This document shows, one piece after another, positions 10,611 through 20,794 of a stretch of DNA of 64,000 nucleotides. Position numbers and translations under genes: made by a program. Numbering within the stretch: the stretch's first letter is position 1; each line of letters begins with the position of its first letter. This DNA comes from a bacterium (GTDB lineage: Bacteria > UBA8248), in assembly GCA_965207065.1 (NCBI GenBank), contig OZ242260.1, forward strand, positions 2,208,001-2,272,000, read 5' to 3'. Under the pieces are notes generated by a model. That model searched no databases. It saw only the letters and a list, made by a program, of their open reading frames with translations, and was not told the origin of the DNA.

Positions 10611-10904
10611 ATGGGCGCATACGTGGTCGGACACATCACCGTCAAGGACGAAGAGGGGTTCAACAACTACGCCGAGCAGGGGCTCGCAATCGTCGCCTCC
10701 GTCGGGGGCGAGGTGGCGGCGAGCGGACAGCTCGTGAAGGTGCTCACCGGCGAGCACGACAGGCAGATGTTCGTCCTCCTGAAGTTCCCCGACCAGGAGG
10801 CGGTGGAGAAATGGTATTACTCGGACGGTTACCAGGCCCTGATTCCGGGCCGCAACGAGGCGGTGGACATCACGTTCATCTCCTATGACGAGCCGGAGGA
10901 GTAA
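10611..10904 (+). CDS. DUF1330-family protein
   Basis: AAGGAG RBS before ATG 10611; MGAYVV...FPDQEAVEKWYYSDGYQ pattern. Confidence 0.8.
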   Translation: MGAYVVGHITVKDEEGFNNYAEQGLAIVASVGGEVAASGQLVKVLTGEHDRQMFVLLKFPDQEAVEKWYYSDGYQALIPGRNEAVDITFISYDEPEE

Positions 10905-11092
10905 GCGCAAACCGAGGGAGCGGGCGTGGGCGTTCCGGCCCGCGCCCGCTCTTCTCGTCCAGCCCCGAATCAGCACTCGATTCGCCGCCTCCATGAGAGC
11001 CCCGGCTTTCGCCGGAATGACGAAACTACTCCCGCGCAAGAACGGCGCGGGCGGTTCGCGACCTGTCCCTGCAGGCTCTGGTACGTAATTCC

Positions 11093-11911
11093 CTATTTTT
11101 TCCCGGCGGCGGCCGGTCTGGGCGCGGCCAGCGCCAGGGCGGAAGGCGCCCTGCGGAGGCTCAGCATGTAGACCGTGAGCGCTTCGAGATCCTCCGGCTT
11201 CAAATGGCCGTAGGCGGGCATGGCGGAACCGGGCGAAACCTTCTGCGGAAACTTGAAGTGTTCGATGTGCCACTTGGGGTCCTTCCGGCGCTCCCCCGCA
11301 AACGTCAGGTCGGGCCCGACGACCCCGCCGGCGCCCCTGATCTTGTGGCAGGCGAGACAGCCGTTCATCAGATACAGCAGCTTGCCCCTCTGGATGAGGG
11401 GGGCGTCTTTCAGGGCGCCCGCGTGGCAAGGGCCGCAGCTGGCCTGGATGAACCCGCCCCGCAGCAGCGGCTCCTCCCAGAACGGCACTTCTCCGTGGGC
11501 GTCCTGAACGCTCGTCGCCCGCCCCTGGCCCTGGTGGCACACGGTGCAGCCGAACTGCTCGAAGGGGTGCAGCGGGATGGTGGGATGCCTGGCGAAAGGC
11601 TGATCGGCATCCTTGAAAGCCGGGTGCTCGACCCCCCTGTGGCACATGACGCACCTGTCCACGCGCTCGCCTCCGGCCACGATGATCTGCTCGAACTGGT
11701 CCCCGCCCGACAGGGCGGCCTTGCGCTCCTCCTCGGTTCCGGCTCTTTCGACGAGCAATTCACGGAACGTCCGCTGGTAGCCCCGCCATTCACGGTCGTA
11801 GTCCTTCCAGACGGACAGCAGAAAAAACAGGGCCGCGCACACGCTCAGGGCGGCGAAGGCGACCACCCAGCCGAACGGCACATGGGAATCGTTGTGATTT
11901 GAATTCGCCAT
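11093..11911 (-). CDS. Membrane-anchored tetrahaem cytochrome c, partner of the Rieske/cyt b complex
   Basis: N-terminal TM helix; CVMCH, CTVCH, CGPCH, CLACH; PGSAMP axial Met motif. Confidence 0.88.
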   Translation of the reverse strand: MANSNHNDSHVPFGWVVAFAALSVCAALFFLLSVWKDYDREWRGYQRTFRELLVERAGTEEERKAALSGGDQFEQIIVAGGERVDRCVMCHRGVEHPAFKDADQPFARHPTIPLHPFEQFGCTVCHQGQGRATSVQDAHGEVPFWEEPLLRGGFIQASCGPCHAGALKDAPLIQRGKLLYLMNGCLACHKIRGAGGVVGPDLTFAGERRKDPKWHIEHFKFPQKVSPGSAMPAYGHLKPEDLEALTVYMLSLRRAPSALALAAPRPAAAGKK

Positions 11912-11923
11912 TCGTCATCCGCC

Positions 11924-13420
11924 TCAGTGCAGACCCGTTGCCTGCCACGGCCATATCCAGGCCCAGTTGGCGCCGCGGAAATAAAGCCCGATGAACGTGT
12001 AAATCAGATAAGACGTCAGAAAATAAGAATACAGGGCCAGGGCCCCCATCCGGCTCGACCCCGTCCGCCGCCAGATGTAGAGCGAACCGACCGCGAAGAG
12101 GACGATCAGTATGGTCCCCGGATTCAGGAGGTCGACCCATATCTGCGAGGCGCCCGGAACCAGCTTCCGCACCGCGTAGTGCTCGTTCAGGTAGGTCAGG
12201 ACGATTACGACCGGAATGATGACCAGTATCGACCAGAGCGTGATCCGCCGGCCCTGGCCCGAGGTGAACCAGGTTCCCTGGCCCTCGGGATTGCGGTCGA
12301 TGTAGGGAATGGTCATGAGCCCGATAATCGCGGCGGCGGGAACGATGACGCCTCCCGCCAAAGCGGAATAGCTCACGATTTCCTGAAGCCCGAGAAAGTA
12401 CCAGGGCGCCTTGGCGGGGTTGGGCGGATGGTCCGGGTTGGCCAGCTCCTCCAGAGGCGCGTCGAAAAAGTAGGCGACGACGGAGAGGACGGCCACCACT
12501 CCCACGAAGACGACCAGCATCCGGAAAACCGTGTGAGGCCAGCTCATGACCTCTTCTTCCGGCGCCTGGGAGTCGACCATGGGTGTTCTGCCCTCGGCCA
12601 GTTCCACGAGCATGTATGTCTTGTGCGGCGAAAAAGCCGCCGCTTCGCCCGGGGCGGCCTCCGAGGGTGACGCGGGCGGCCGGGAGAGGCCTCCGTCCTT
12701 GCGAATCCGCCAGAAATGGACGCCCATGAGGATCATCATGATTCCCGGCAGGAGTATGACGTGCATGACGTAGAACCGGATCAGCGCATTCTGCCCCACC
12801 GTATCGCCCCCGAGCATCAGCGTGCGGATGTATTCTCCGACCAGCGGCGGATAGCTGGCGATGCTCGACCCGACGGTGATGGCCCAAAACGCGAGCTGAT
12901 CCCAGGGGAGGAGGTAGCCCGTGAAGCTCATCATCAGGGTCGCCCCCCAGAGGAGCACCCCGATGACCCAGTTGAACTCGCGGGGCGCCTTGTAGCTGGC
13001 CGTATAGAACACGCGGCACATGTGCAAGAAGACGACGGCGACCATCGCGTGAGCGGCCCAGCGATGGAGATTCCGCAGGACGACGCCGTAGGAGACGACG
13101 AATTCCAGGTCCTTCATGTCGCTGTAGGCGCGCTCGGTCGAGGGGACGTAGAAGAACATGAGCAAAGCGCCGGTGCCCAGAAGGATCACGAAGAGGAACA
13201 GGGAGATGATGCCGAGTCCCCAGGTATAGGTAGGTTTCAGGCTGTGAACGTGCGTTCGCGCGGGAAGGACGTGCAGGAAGAAATTCGAGAACATGACGGC
13301 CGCGCGATCCAGATCGTTGTCCGGATAGCCCCTGCGGAAGATCGAACGGACGACGCGGTTGTCCGTAAGCCACGATACGGCTTTCTTGCGCCCTGTTTCC
13401 TTAGGGGATTCGGTGACCAT
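11924..13420 (-). CDS. Cytochrome b (fused b6 + subunit IV type, extra C-terminal helices)
   Basis: [36 protein letters not shown] haem ligands; Qo motif variant PAKAPWYF. Confidence 0.93.
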   Translation of the reverse strand: MVTESPKETGRKKAVSWLTDNRVVRSIFRRGYPDNDLDRAAVMFSNFFLHVLPARTHVHSLKPTYTWGLGIISLFLFVILLGTGALLMFFYVPSTERAYSDMKDLEFVVSYGVVLRNLHRWAAHAMVAVVFLHMCRVFYTASYKAPREFNWVIGVLLWGATLMMSFTGYLLPWDQLAFWAITVGSSIASYPPLVGEYIRTLMLGGDTVGQNALIRFYVMHVILLPGIMMILMGVHFWRIRKDGGLSRPPASPSEAAPGEAAAFSPHKTYMLVELAEGRTPMVDSQAPEEEVMSWPHTVFRMLVVFVGVVAVLSVVAYFFDAPLEELANPDHPPNPAKAPWYFLGLQEIVSYSALAGGVIVPAAAIIGLMTIPYIDRNPEGQGTWFTSGQGRRITLWSILVIIPVVIVLTYLNEHYAVRKLVPGASQIWVDLLNPGTILIVLFAVGSLYIWRRTGSSRMGALALYSYFLTSYLIYTFIGLYFRGANWAWIWPWQATGLH

Positions 13421-13429
13421 GATGACGGC

Positions 13430-13930
13430 TCAGATATTGAAATGCTCGGACGGGGCGACGACTTTGCGCGTATCGACCACGACGCGGCCATCCGGCGATT
13501 TCGTTATGTGGAAGAAGTCGAGCCCCCGAGGCGCAGGCCCCCCGAGCACCTGTCCCCGCCCGTCGAAAGTGCTGCCGTGGCACGGGCACCTGGCCCTCAA
13601 AATATCCGGAGATGCCCCCGGCGCCCCGACGAAGGGGGTAATCACGCAACGAAGATGGGGACAGACGGCCGTGCAGGCCCGGAACCCGTCCTTTTCACGA
13701 AACAGAACGATTTTCTTGTCGGCGAAAAACGTGATGGACCCCACGGTGTATTTCTCCAGGGCGTCGAGTTTCAGAACCGACTCGCCCTCATAAACGACGT
13801 TGGGGAACAGGAAGCGGACGTTGGCGAGGACCGGACCCAGCAGGGAAATCAGAAAGGAAACCCAGCCGAGGCCCAGGAGCATACGTCGCCGGGGGGTCTG
13901 TTCATCCATGCCCGCGCTCATGTCATCCAA
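13430..13930 (-). CDS. Rieske iron-sulfur subunit of a Rieske/cyt b complex
   Basis: RRRMLL TAT-like anchor; CPHLRC and CPCHGSTFD boxes; GPAPRGL. Confidence 0.93.
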   Translation of the reverse strand: MDDMSAGMDEQTPRRRMLLGLGWVSFLISLLGPVLANVRFLFPNVVYEGESVLKLDALEKYTVGSITFFADKKIVLFREKDGFRACTAVCPHLRCVITPFVGAPGASPDILRARCPCHGSTFDGRGQVLGGPAPRGLDFFHITKSPDGRVVVDTRKVVAPSEHFNI

Positions 13931-15968
13931 GCTCCACCCATTCTTCCTGGAAAGAAAAATTCTCGATGGTGACGGCGCCCGTGGGACAGCGCTGGGCGCA
14001 GAGCGAACAACGGATACACTTGTCCGGGTCCATGATCATGGCCGCGCCCCTCTCTACGGCGTCCCCGGCGGACGTTCCAAAGCGGGCCTGTACCAGAGCC
14101 GCCAGGTCCTCTCCTCCCTGCAGGGCTTCGAGGGGAACCATTCGCAGGCAGCGCGACGGGCAGACGTCCACACAGCCGCCGCAGAGGATGCACTTCGCGC
14201 CGTCGAAGATCGGGTTCGCGCTGCAGCGCAGACACCGAAGTCCCTGATCGACCGCTTCCCCGGGCGAATAGCCCAGTTCCACCTCGGCGACGCCGATTCT
14301 GCGCTCGATGGGCAGGGCGTCGGGATTTCGCCGAGACACTTTCTGGTATCCGGGGTTGACGATGGGAAGGGAAAACCCGTCCCCCGGCTCCTGGAGCAGC
14401 GCCTGCTGCAAGGGCTCGACAGAGGCCCACTGAAGATTTGTCTGGACGCCTGCCTGACCACCCGAGAGATAGGTGTGGATTGAGCGGGCGGCCCGGTGGC
14501 CGTTCTCCACGCCCTCGATGAAGATACGGGGGCCCATGGCGACGTCCCCGCCCGCGTACACGCCCGGAGCGGTCGTGGCCAGGGTTTCGGAGTCGACGCG
14601 AATGGTCCCGCGCGGCGTCGTCTCGACGCCGTCCTCCTCGCTGATCCAGGAAAGGTCGGAAGCCTGGCCGACGGCCACGATCACCGAATCGCACGGAATC
14701 ACGCGCTTGCTGTCCGGTTCGAATTCGGGGCTGAAGCGGCCCTCCTCGTCGAAGACGCGGGTGCACGTCTGGACTTCCAGCCCGACCACCCGGCCCTCTT
14801 TCTCCACGATGCGGACCGGCCCCACCCGGGGCTCGAGATCGATCCCCTCTTCGAGCGCCTCTTCAATCTCGAAGTCCGCCGCCGGCATCTCGTCGCGGGA
14901 TTCCAGGCAGATGACGTGGACGTTCCTCGCCCCCACGCGCATCGCCTCGCGGGCCACGTCCATCATCTCGCGCATGAGGACGGCGTCTTCCGTTTGATCG
15001 GCCGCGCTCGGGGAGGCATCTGCCTCGCCGGCCACCCGGGCGGCGACCCGGGCGGCGTCCATGGCCACGTTTCCCCCGCCGATCACGACGACGCGCTCGC
15101 CCAGTTCGACGCGGAAGTTCAGATTCACGTTCAGCAGGAATTCGACGGCCCGGAAAACGCCGTCCGCATCCTGGCCCTCCATGGGAAGAGAGCGGCTCAC
15201 ATGCGCGCCGATGGCGATGAACACCGCCTCGAAGCCTTCCTCGCGAAGGGTGGAGAGGTTGAAGTCCCGCCCGATGGCCTTGTTCACCCGAAGGTCCACG
15301 CCCAGGCTTAAGATGGCCTGAATCTCGGCCTGAACGAGATCGCGCGGAAGGCGGTATTCGGGAACCCCGAGCATCAGCATGCCTCCGGGGACGCCCTGTT
15401 TTTCGAAAACGCTTACGTCATAGCCGAGCAGGGCGAGATCGTGCGCGCAGGTCAGCCCCGCCACGCCCGAGCCGACGACGGCCACCTTTCGCCCCGCCGT
15501 TTCCACCCCCCCGGGCTTGCGGCGGGCCGCTTCCAGCACGGAGAAATCGTTGATGGTGCGCGTGGAGGGCTGAAAGCGGAGGTCGCGCATACTCCTGAGG
15601 CTGCGGTGCGAGAAGGAGGATTCCCCCTTGCCGGACGCCAGATCGGCCTCCACCCCGTAGCGCTCCGTCACGAATCGCTTGAGCGCACGGATGGCCACCG
15701 GCGCATCGATGTTGCCGCGGCGGCAGGCGGCTTCGCACGGCGCCGCGCAGACGCGCCCGCAAACCGACGCGAAGGGGTTGGGGCCCCGGGCGATGATGTA
15801 CGCGCGCTCGAAGTCTTCCTCTGAGATGGCGGTCACGTAACCCCGCGCGTCGGTATGGACGGGACACGCATCCTGACAGCAAATCGTTTTCCGCCAATGG
15901 TCGTGGCCGGGCAACTCGACCCGAAAGGAGCGCCCGGGAGGGAAGGGGTCCCGATTCGCTGAGTCCAT
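13923..15968 (-). CDS. FAD/NAD(P)-dependent Fe-S oxidoreductase (GltD/NfnB/DsrL-like) with C-terminal 2x[4Fe-4S] domain
   Basis: CQDACP, CGRVCAAPCEAACRR, GSGVAG, GGGNVA, YAGGD, CLRC, CILCGGCVDVCP, CIRCSLCAQRCP; start reassigned to ATG 15968. Confidence 0.88.
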   Translation of the reverse strand: MDSANRDPFPPGRSFRVELPGHDHWRKTICCQDACPVHTDARGYVTAISEEDFERAYIIARGPNPFASVCGRVCAAPCEAACRRGNIDAPVAIRALKRFVTERYGVEADLASGKGESSFSHRSLRSMRDLRFQPSTRTINDFSVLEAARRKPGGVETAGRKVAVVGSGVAGLTCAHDLALLGYDVSVFEKQGVPGGMLMLGVPEYRLPRDLVQAEIQAILSLGVDLRVNKAIGRDFNLSTLREEGFEAVFIAIGAHVSRSLPMEGQDADGVFRAVEFLLNVNLNFRVELGERVVVIGGGNVAMDAARVAARVAGEADASPSAADQTEDAVLMREMMDVAREAMRVGARNVHVICLESRDEMPAADFEIEEALEEGIDLEPRVGPVRIVEKEGRVVGLEVQTCTRVFDEEGRFSPEFEPDSKRVIPCDSVIVAVGQASDLSWISEEDGVETTPRGTIRVDSETLATTAPGVYAGGDVAMGPRIFIEGVENGHRAARSIHTYLSGGQAGVQTNLQWASVEPLQQALLQEPGDGFSLPIVNPGYQKVSRRNPDALPIERRIGVAEVELGYSPGEAVDQGLRCLRCSANPIFDGAKCILCGGCVDVCPSRCLRMVPLEALQGGEDLAALVQARFGTSAGDAVERGAAMIMDPDKCIRCSLCAQRCPTGAVTIENFSFQEEWVELG

Positions 15969-15978
15969 GCTCGCGACC

Positions 15979-16365
15979 CTATTTCGCCAGCGAGCGCATG
16001 AATGCGACCAGGTTCTGGAGGTCGGCGTCCGAAAGAACACCGCCCCAGGGTGGCATCAACGGTGATTTCCCTACCGCGACCCCGCCCAGCTTGGTGATCT
16101 TGGCGATATACTCGTCCGTTATGGTCTTCATGTATTTGGCGTCCGTGTGGTTTCGCGGCTTCGGGTTGAGCGCCTTGGCTGCGACGCCGTCTCCCTTGCC
16201 CGTTACACCGTGGCAGGAGGCGCAAAGCTGCTGGTATTTGACCTTGCCGGCTGCAACGTCGCCTTTCTGCTGAGCAGCGCTGTCACCTGCGGACGAGAAA
16301 AAGAGCGCCACAGCGAGCACCGGGCCTGTGCAGATGATAAATCTTCTCGATCGAGACATTCGCAT
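15979..16365 (-). CDS. Periplasmic monohaem class I cytochrome c
   Basis: Signal peptide, CASCHG, PKPRNHT, LMPPWG. Confidence 0.9.
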   Translation of the reverse strand: MRMSRSRRFIICTGPVLAVALFFSSAGDSAAQQKGDVAAGKVKYQQLCASCHGVTGKGDGVAAKALNPKPRNHTDAKYMKTITDEYIAKITKLGGVAVGKSPLMPPWGGVLSDADLQNLVAFMRSLAK

Positions 16366-16412
16366 TCAACCTCCCTCGCGGTTCTGCGGGCTTGTGTAAA
16401 CTTCCACCTCCG

Positions 16413-19079
16413 TTAAAGCGTCCGGGGAACGAAGCTCAAGCTCGTCAGCGAATGCTTGTGCGGAGACTCTCCTATCTTCTTCAACTTCCCCTTGCCCAGC
16501 TTGTAGCGGTAGCGGTTGGTCAGGGGGTCCGGCACCCGGTGAACCACCGAATTGGCCGGGTTCTCGGGAAAACCGAAATAGGCGAAGGTGACGCCCTCCC
16601 GAACCGCGTCGGTGACCATGGCCACGGCGGTGAAGCTCCCCTTGCTCTTCTTGATCCGCCCGGCCTTCATGAGCTCGGTGAAGGTCTGCTCCTTGCCGTC
16701 GACGCCGATGTATCCGCCCGTCTGCACGAGGAGGTCGTCGTTCTCGATGGCCACCAGGTCTCCTGATTCGATGCCCCGGGCGCCGGCGTCTTTGGGGTGT
16801 ATCTCCAGGAACTGCTGCGGCCAGCGCTGCATGATGTAGGGCCGACGCTTGTCGTCGTAGCCGGATTGCCAGAGCTCGTTGATCCGCCCGTTCGTCACCC
16901 ACAACTCGTCTCCCTGCGGGGTGACCCGCTCGTAGAAATCCTTGAAGTCCTCCCAGTAGCTCTTCAGCAAAACCGCCTTGCCGCTCTGGGTCCCGAAGGA
17001 GGTGAGCCACTTCCTGTGCATGGTGGGGCCTTCGGGGGTTCCCAGTTCGAGGGTCTCGTCGTGGAGCCGCTTCGTCCCGACGAGTTCGCCCTTGACCATG
17101 CGGATGGGGGTCTGGATGCCGCCGGTCCCGTATTCGCGGAGCAGTTCGTGGCCCCGTTTCCCCTCGCGCTTGGCCTTCACGACGAGCGGATGGTAGTTGA
17201 GCACCCCTTTTCTTCCGAAGCGGGCCGCCTCCTCGAATATCTGGTTGCTGTCCTTCCAGTCGAAGCCCTTGAAGCCCATCTTCCTCGCGAAAGCGGCGAT
17301 GATCCACCAGTCGGGCCGGGCCTCTCCGGGCGGGTCGGCGAATTTGCTGTAGAGCCTGAGGCGGCGCTCGCCGTTGCAGCGGGTGAAGTCTTCCTCGCCC
17401 CAGGTGGCGGCCGGAAGAATCAGATCCGAATACTCGGTTCCGATGGGAGCAACCGGGTAGATATCCTGGTGGGCCACGACCATGCCGCCGGCGTCCACTC
17501 GCCGCTTTAAGGCGTCCACCGCCGAATCGACGTCGAAGCTCTCGATCTGATGCGGGTTGCGGCGCGTCAATCGCTGGAAGACGTCCATCAGCTCCTGTGA
17601 CGCCGCCATGGCCTGGCACCAGGTGGTTCCGATGACCCATGCGAAGCGAACGTGGCCGTCCACGACCCAGCGGTCGAGGTCGATCTCCTTCTTGCGGCGC
17701 CCCGGCGCCTTCTCCGGAGATAAGGCCCTCGGGTAACCGGCCGCGCCCATCCAGCCCCGTTGGTGCCCACCGCCCCGGGAGATAACACGGCCCGGCCGCG
17801 ACCCGGCGCCGCAGACCAGCCCGAGGGCCGCGAACGAAGCCGTGTTCCCGAAACTGTTGCACCAGTAGTTTCCCTTCTCGAGCATGAACGAGGTCTTCTT
17901 GCGCGTTCCGTCGGGCTTGGGCTTGGCGAGGATTTCGGCTGTCTTTCGAATGTCCGCCGCCGGCACGCCCGTGATCTTCGCGGCTCGCTCCAGTTCGGCG
18001 TAGGGATAGCTCAGGATCCACTTCCTGTAGCCCTCGAAGTCGGTCCCGTACTTGCCCCAGGTCGTGACCCACTGCCACGGCGTGTTGCGGGTGCCGCGTC
18101 CCATGCCGGAGCCGATCTCCCACTTGTTCGACACCTTTCTCGCGATAAACTCCTTGTCCTCCCAGCCGTTCTCGAGGATCAGGCGGATGATGGCCAGTTG
18201 GAGAACCGTATCCGTTCCCGGAATCACGGGGAGGAAGAGGCCTCCCTGCTTCTCGCCGTAGGCCACGCCCGAGGTCTTGCGCGGAAGGGCGAAGACCAGC
18301 TTCTTGTTCGGCGTTTTTCCGCCCATGATCCACGAGGTGAATAGCACCGACTTGGTCTCCCACGGGTCGACGCCCGAGAAGAAAATAACCTCGGCCTCTC
18401 CCCAGTCGTCATAGGAGGCGCTGAAGGGATTGATGCCTGAAAAATCGATCCCCGGCGTATCCGGACCGGGACCCGGCTTGTCGTGCGGGGCATACGCCGG
18501 CGTTCCGATGGCTCGGAAGGCGAGTTTGGAGATGGCGTAGGTGTTTTCGAAATACTGATAGGAATACGTCTTCATGGCCCAGGCGTGTTCGCCGAACTTG
18601 TCGAGCACGTGTTTCGAGATTCCCGCCATGACGCCCATGGCCGTATCCCACGAGACCTCCTGCAAGGTTCCGCGAACGCGCATCATCGGCTGGCGCAGGC
18701 GGTCCTGCGAGGGTTCGTTGGGATTGTAGAGCTTCTTCGCCAGGACGCCGCCCCGGATGGAGTGGTTTCCCCCGACGTTCACGACCTTCGCATCCTTGTC
18801 CGGCATGACGATGACGTGGTGTGGGCGGCCGTTCACCATGATGATGTTGTGCATGTTCGGGCTGACCCAGCCGCCGCTCATGATGCCGGTGGGAAAATCG
18901 ACGCCCAGCGCGTTCTGGTTGGCCCTGGGCCCGCCCTCGCGCCCGATCGGCCAGCGGTAGACCTTGTACCCGCAGCCCACGATGCAGTAATCGCACGCCG
19001 TGGTGAAAACCTCCGCGTTTCGCGGGGGGAGGGGGACACTGTCTTCCGCAAGGTAGTAGTTCGTTACCTTTCCTGCCAT
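16413..19079 (-). CDS. idrA: DMSO-reductase-family molybdoenzyme, AioA-like; probable iodate reductase large subunit
   Basis: VPLPP..A....TACDYCIVGCGYKVYRWP [3Fe-4S] motif (canonical AioA has CHFC); GGHQRG, NGERRLR, TNGRINELWQS; no signal peptide; adjacent to a Rieske gene and two peroxidases. Confidence 0.8.
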   Translation of the reverse strand: MAGKVTNYYLAEDSVPLPPRNAEVFTTACDYCIVGCGYKVYRWPIGREGGPRANQNALGVDFPTGIMSGGWVSPNMHNIIMVNGRPHHVIVMPDKDAKVVNVGGNHSIRGGVLAKKLYNPNEPSQDRLRQPMMRVRGTLQEVSWDTAMGVMAGISKHVLDKFGEHAWAMKTYSYQYFENTYAISKLAFRAIGTPAYAPHDKPGPGPDTPGIDFSGINPFSASYDDWGEAEVIFFSGVDPWETKSVLFTSWIMGGKTPNKKLVFALPRKTSGVAYGEKQGGLFLPVIPGTDTVLQLAIIRLILENGWEDKEFIARKVSNKWEIGSGMGRGTRNTPWQWVTTWGKYGTDFEGYRKWILSYPYAELERAAKITGVPAADIRKTAEILAKPKPDGTRKKTSFMLEKGNYWCNSFGNTASFAALGLVCGAGSRPGRVISRGGGHQRGWMGAAGYPRALSPEKAPGRRKKEIDLDRWVVDGHVRFAWVIGTTWCQAMAASQELMDVFQRLTRRNPHQIESFDVDSAVDALKRRVDAGGMVVAHQDIYPVAPIGTEYSDLILPAATWGEEDFTRCNGERRLRLYSKFADPPGEARPDWWIIAAFARKMGFKGFDWKDSNQIFEEAARFGRKGVLNYHPLVVKAKREGKRGHELLREYGTGGIQTPIRMVKGELVGTKRLHDETLELGTPEGPTMHRKWLTSFGTQSGKAVLLKSYWEDFKDFYERVTPQGDELWVTNGRINELWQSGYDDKRRPYIMQRWPQQFLEIHPKDAGARGIESGDLVAIENDDLLVQTGGYIGVDGKEQTFTELMKAGRIKKSKGSFTAVAMVTDAVREGVTFAYFGFPENPANSVVHRVPDPLTNRYRYKLGKGKLKKIGESPHKHSLTSLSFVPRTL

Positions 19080-19091
19080 GATGCGTCCTCC

Positions 19092-19634
19092 TCAGCGCTG
19101 TACCGGCGCAAGATTCGAGTGGTAACCGTATAGCAGCCCCATCATCCCGATCGCGTAGATGTCGTCCCCGCGGGTCTCCAGTACGACCTGGGGGAGGCTT
19201 TCCGTGGCCTGCCCGGCCCCGACCATCCCGTGCTTCATCAGGTCGAAGGTCGTCAGATGGAACGGGCACGGGCCAATGGCCTTGTGCTGCGCGTTGTATG
19301 TGCCCTGGAGGGGACCGCCCATGTGGGTGCACAGGGTGCTGAACGCCACGACGTCTCTCCTGGGGCCGACGCCGCCGCCTGCGGCGACGCCCAGCTTGAC
19401 CAGCATGCACCCCGAGAAGACGTCCTTCCACGGATACTGGAAGAACTGGGGGGTATCGACTTTGAGGGCGCTTAGCTTGCCGATTTTCCGGCGGGGATAC
19501 TCAGCCCTCTGCAGGGCCGCACCGGCCAGGCCGGGGATGCCCTCGACCAGCACGATGCTCATGGCGGTTCCGCCGGCCAGGAGAAAGGCGCGCCGCGAGA
19601 CGCAAGGCCGGGTTTCCTTGGCTTCCTGAGTCAT
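19092..19634 (-). CDS. idrB: AioB-like Rieske small subunit; probable IdrB
   Basis: TAT signal SRRAFL; CTHMGG and CPFH ligands (disulfide Cys absent); GQATESLPQV, GLLYG. Confidence 0.8.
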   Translation of the reverse strand: MTQEAKETRPCVSRRAFLLAGGTAMSIVLVEGIPGLAGAALQRAEYPRRKIGKLSALKVDTPQFFQYPWKDVFSGCMLVKLGVAAGGGVGPRRDVVAFSTLCTHMGGPLQGTYNAQHKAIGPCPFHLTTFDLMKHGMVGAGQATESLPQVVLETRGDDIYAIGMMGLLYGYHSNLAPVQR

Positions 19635-19644
19635 GGATTCCTCC

Positions 19645-20784
19645 TTACTGCATGGCCGCGTACGGCGGCAGTTCGGGGGGCTTCATGAGCAAAGGCTCAT
19701 CGCTCGATAACGATTCCAGGAAGGCGAGCAGGTCTTCCTTCTCCTCGTCAGAAAGCCCCAGTTTCTTGAGAAGCGGACTCTTGTTCGCGTCCTCTCCCCC
19801 TCCTTCGTCATAAAAGTCAATGACCTCATCCAACTCGAAAAACGCGCCGTTGTGCATATAGGGCGCCGTGTATTTCAGCTCCCTGAGGCTGGGGGTACGG
19901 AACCTCCCCGTATCAGCCTTGCGCTTGGTGGTGTAGTAGAGCCCCAGGTCCCGGTCCGCTTTCCGGTAGACGGATTCGGGAACGCCTCTGATCACGTGCT
20001 GGAAGCGAAGCGTTATCTGCCTCAAGGGGTCTTCCTCGAACGCGGGGTTCTTCGGCACGCCGACGTTGTGATAGTCCTCATCCGAGAGGAGAGGGCCGTT
20101 GTGGCACTGGACGCACCCCGCCTTTCCTTGAAAAAGAGCCAGCCCGCGCTCAGCGCTTTCCGAGAGCGCCTTCTTGTCCCCTTTCATGAAGCGGTCGAAC
20201 GGCACGTCCTTCGCATTCGAAACTATGGTGCGCTCGAAGGCCGAGATGGCCCGCCATGCGTCGTCGATGGTCGGCCAGGGGGATCCGAACACCGTACGGA
20301 AGCGCTTGACGTATTCGGGAATCTGGCGCAGGCGCTCCTCCATCATCATGGTGTCGCCGTTTCCGGCCACGTTGCCCGTGGCGGCGCTCTTGGCCTGGGC
20401 TTCGAGGCTCGGGACCTCGCCCGCCCAGAACAGTTTTGCGTAATAGGCGGAATTGAGGATCGTCTGGGAATTCCGCCAGTGCTGCGTGCCCGGGTAGCCC
20501 CGGCTCAGGTCCCCGCCGTCTCCCCAGCCGCTCTCGGGGCTGTGGCAGGAGGCGCACGACGTGCTGGCGTCCCCCGACAGGCGGGCGTCGAAAAAGAGCA
20601 GCTTGCCCAACGCCACCTTGGCGGGTGACATGGGATTGTCCGCAGGCACCGGAACAGGCGGCAAGGGCCCCAGCGGAGGGAATTTCCCCTTCTCGGCCGC
20701 GTCCGCTCCTCCCACCAGAAGGGCGGCGATGAAGCAGACGGCCATCGTGGAACCCAGGAAGCAGTTTTTCATTCGCGCGTTCAT
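19645..20784 (-). CDS. Di-haem cytochrome c peroxidase/MauG family (IdrP-like)
   Basis: LGKLLFFDARLS, CASCH, CVQCH, FRTPSLRE..TAPYMHNG; GAGGAG RBS before ATG 20784. Confidence 0.9.
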   Translation of the reverse strand: MNARMKNCFLGSTMAVCFIAALLVGGADAAEKGKFPPLGPLPPVPVPADNPMSPAKVALGKLLFFDARLSGDASTSCASCHSPESGWGDGGDLSRGYPGTQHWRNSQTILNSAYYAKLFWAGEVPSLEAQAKSAATGNVAGNGDTMMMEERLRQIPEYVKRFRTVFGSPWPTIDDAWRAISAFERTIVSNAKDVPFDRFMKGDKKALSESAERGLALFQGKAGCVQCHNGPLLSDEDYHNVGVPKNPAFEEDPLRQITLRFQHVIRGVPESVYRKADRDLGLYYTTKRKADTGRFRTPSLRELKYTAPYMHNGAFFELDEVIDFYDEGGGEDANKSPLLKKLGLSDEEKEDLLAFLESLSSDEPLLMKPPELPPYAAMQ

Positions 20785-20794
20785 GGCCGTCTCC

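Noticed and set aside
13923-15968. Glutamate synthase small subunit or true DsrL
   Set aside because: No gltB or dsr genes; coupled to Rieske/cyt b instead
16366-18363. 665-aa ORF and other long overlapping ORFs in the track
   Set aside because: Alternative-frame or antisense shadows of GC-rich real genes, with no motifs
16413-19634. Canonical arsenite oxidase aioBA
   Set aside because: Motif differences, paired peroxidases and no arsenic genes favour Idr; not fully excluded without a tree
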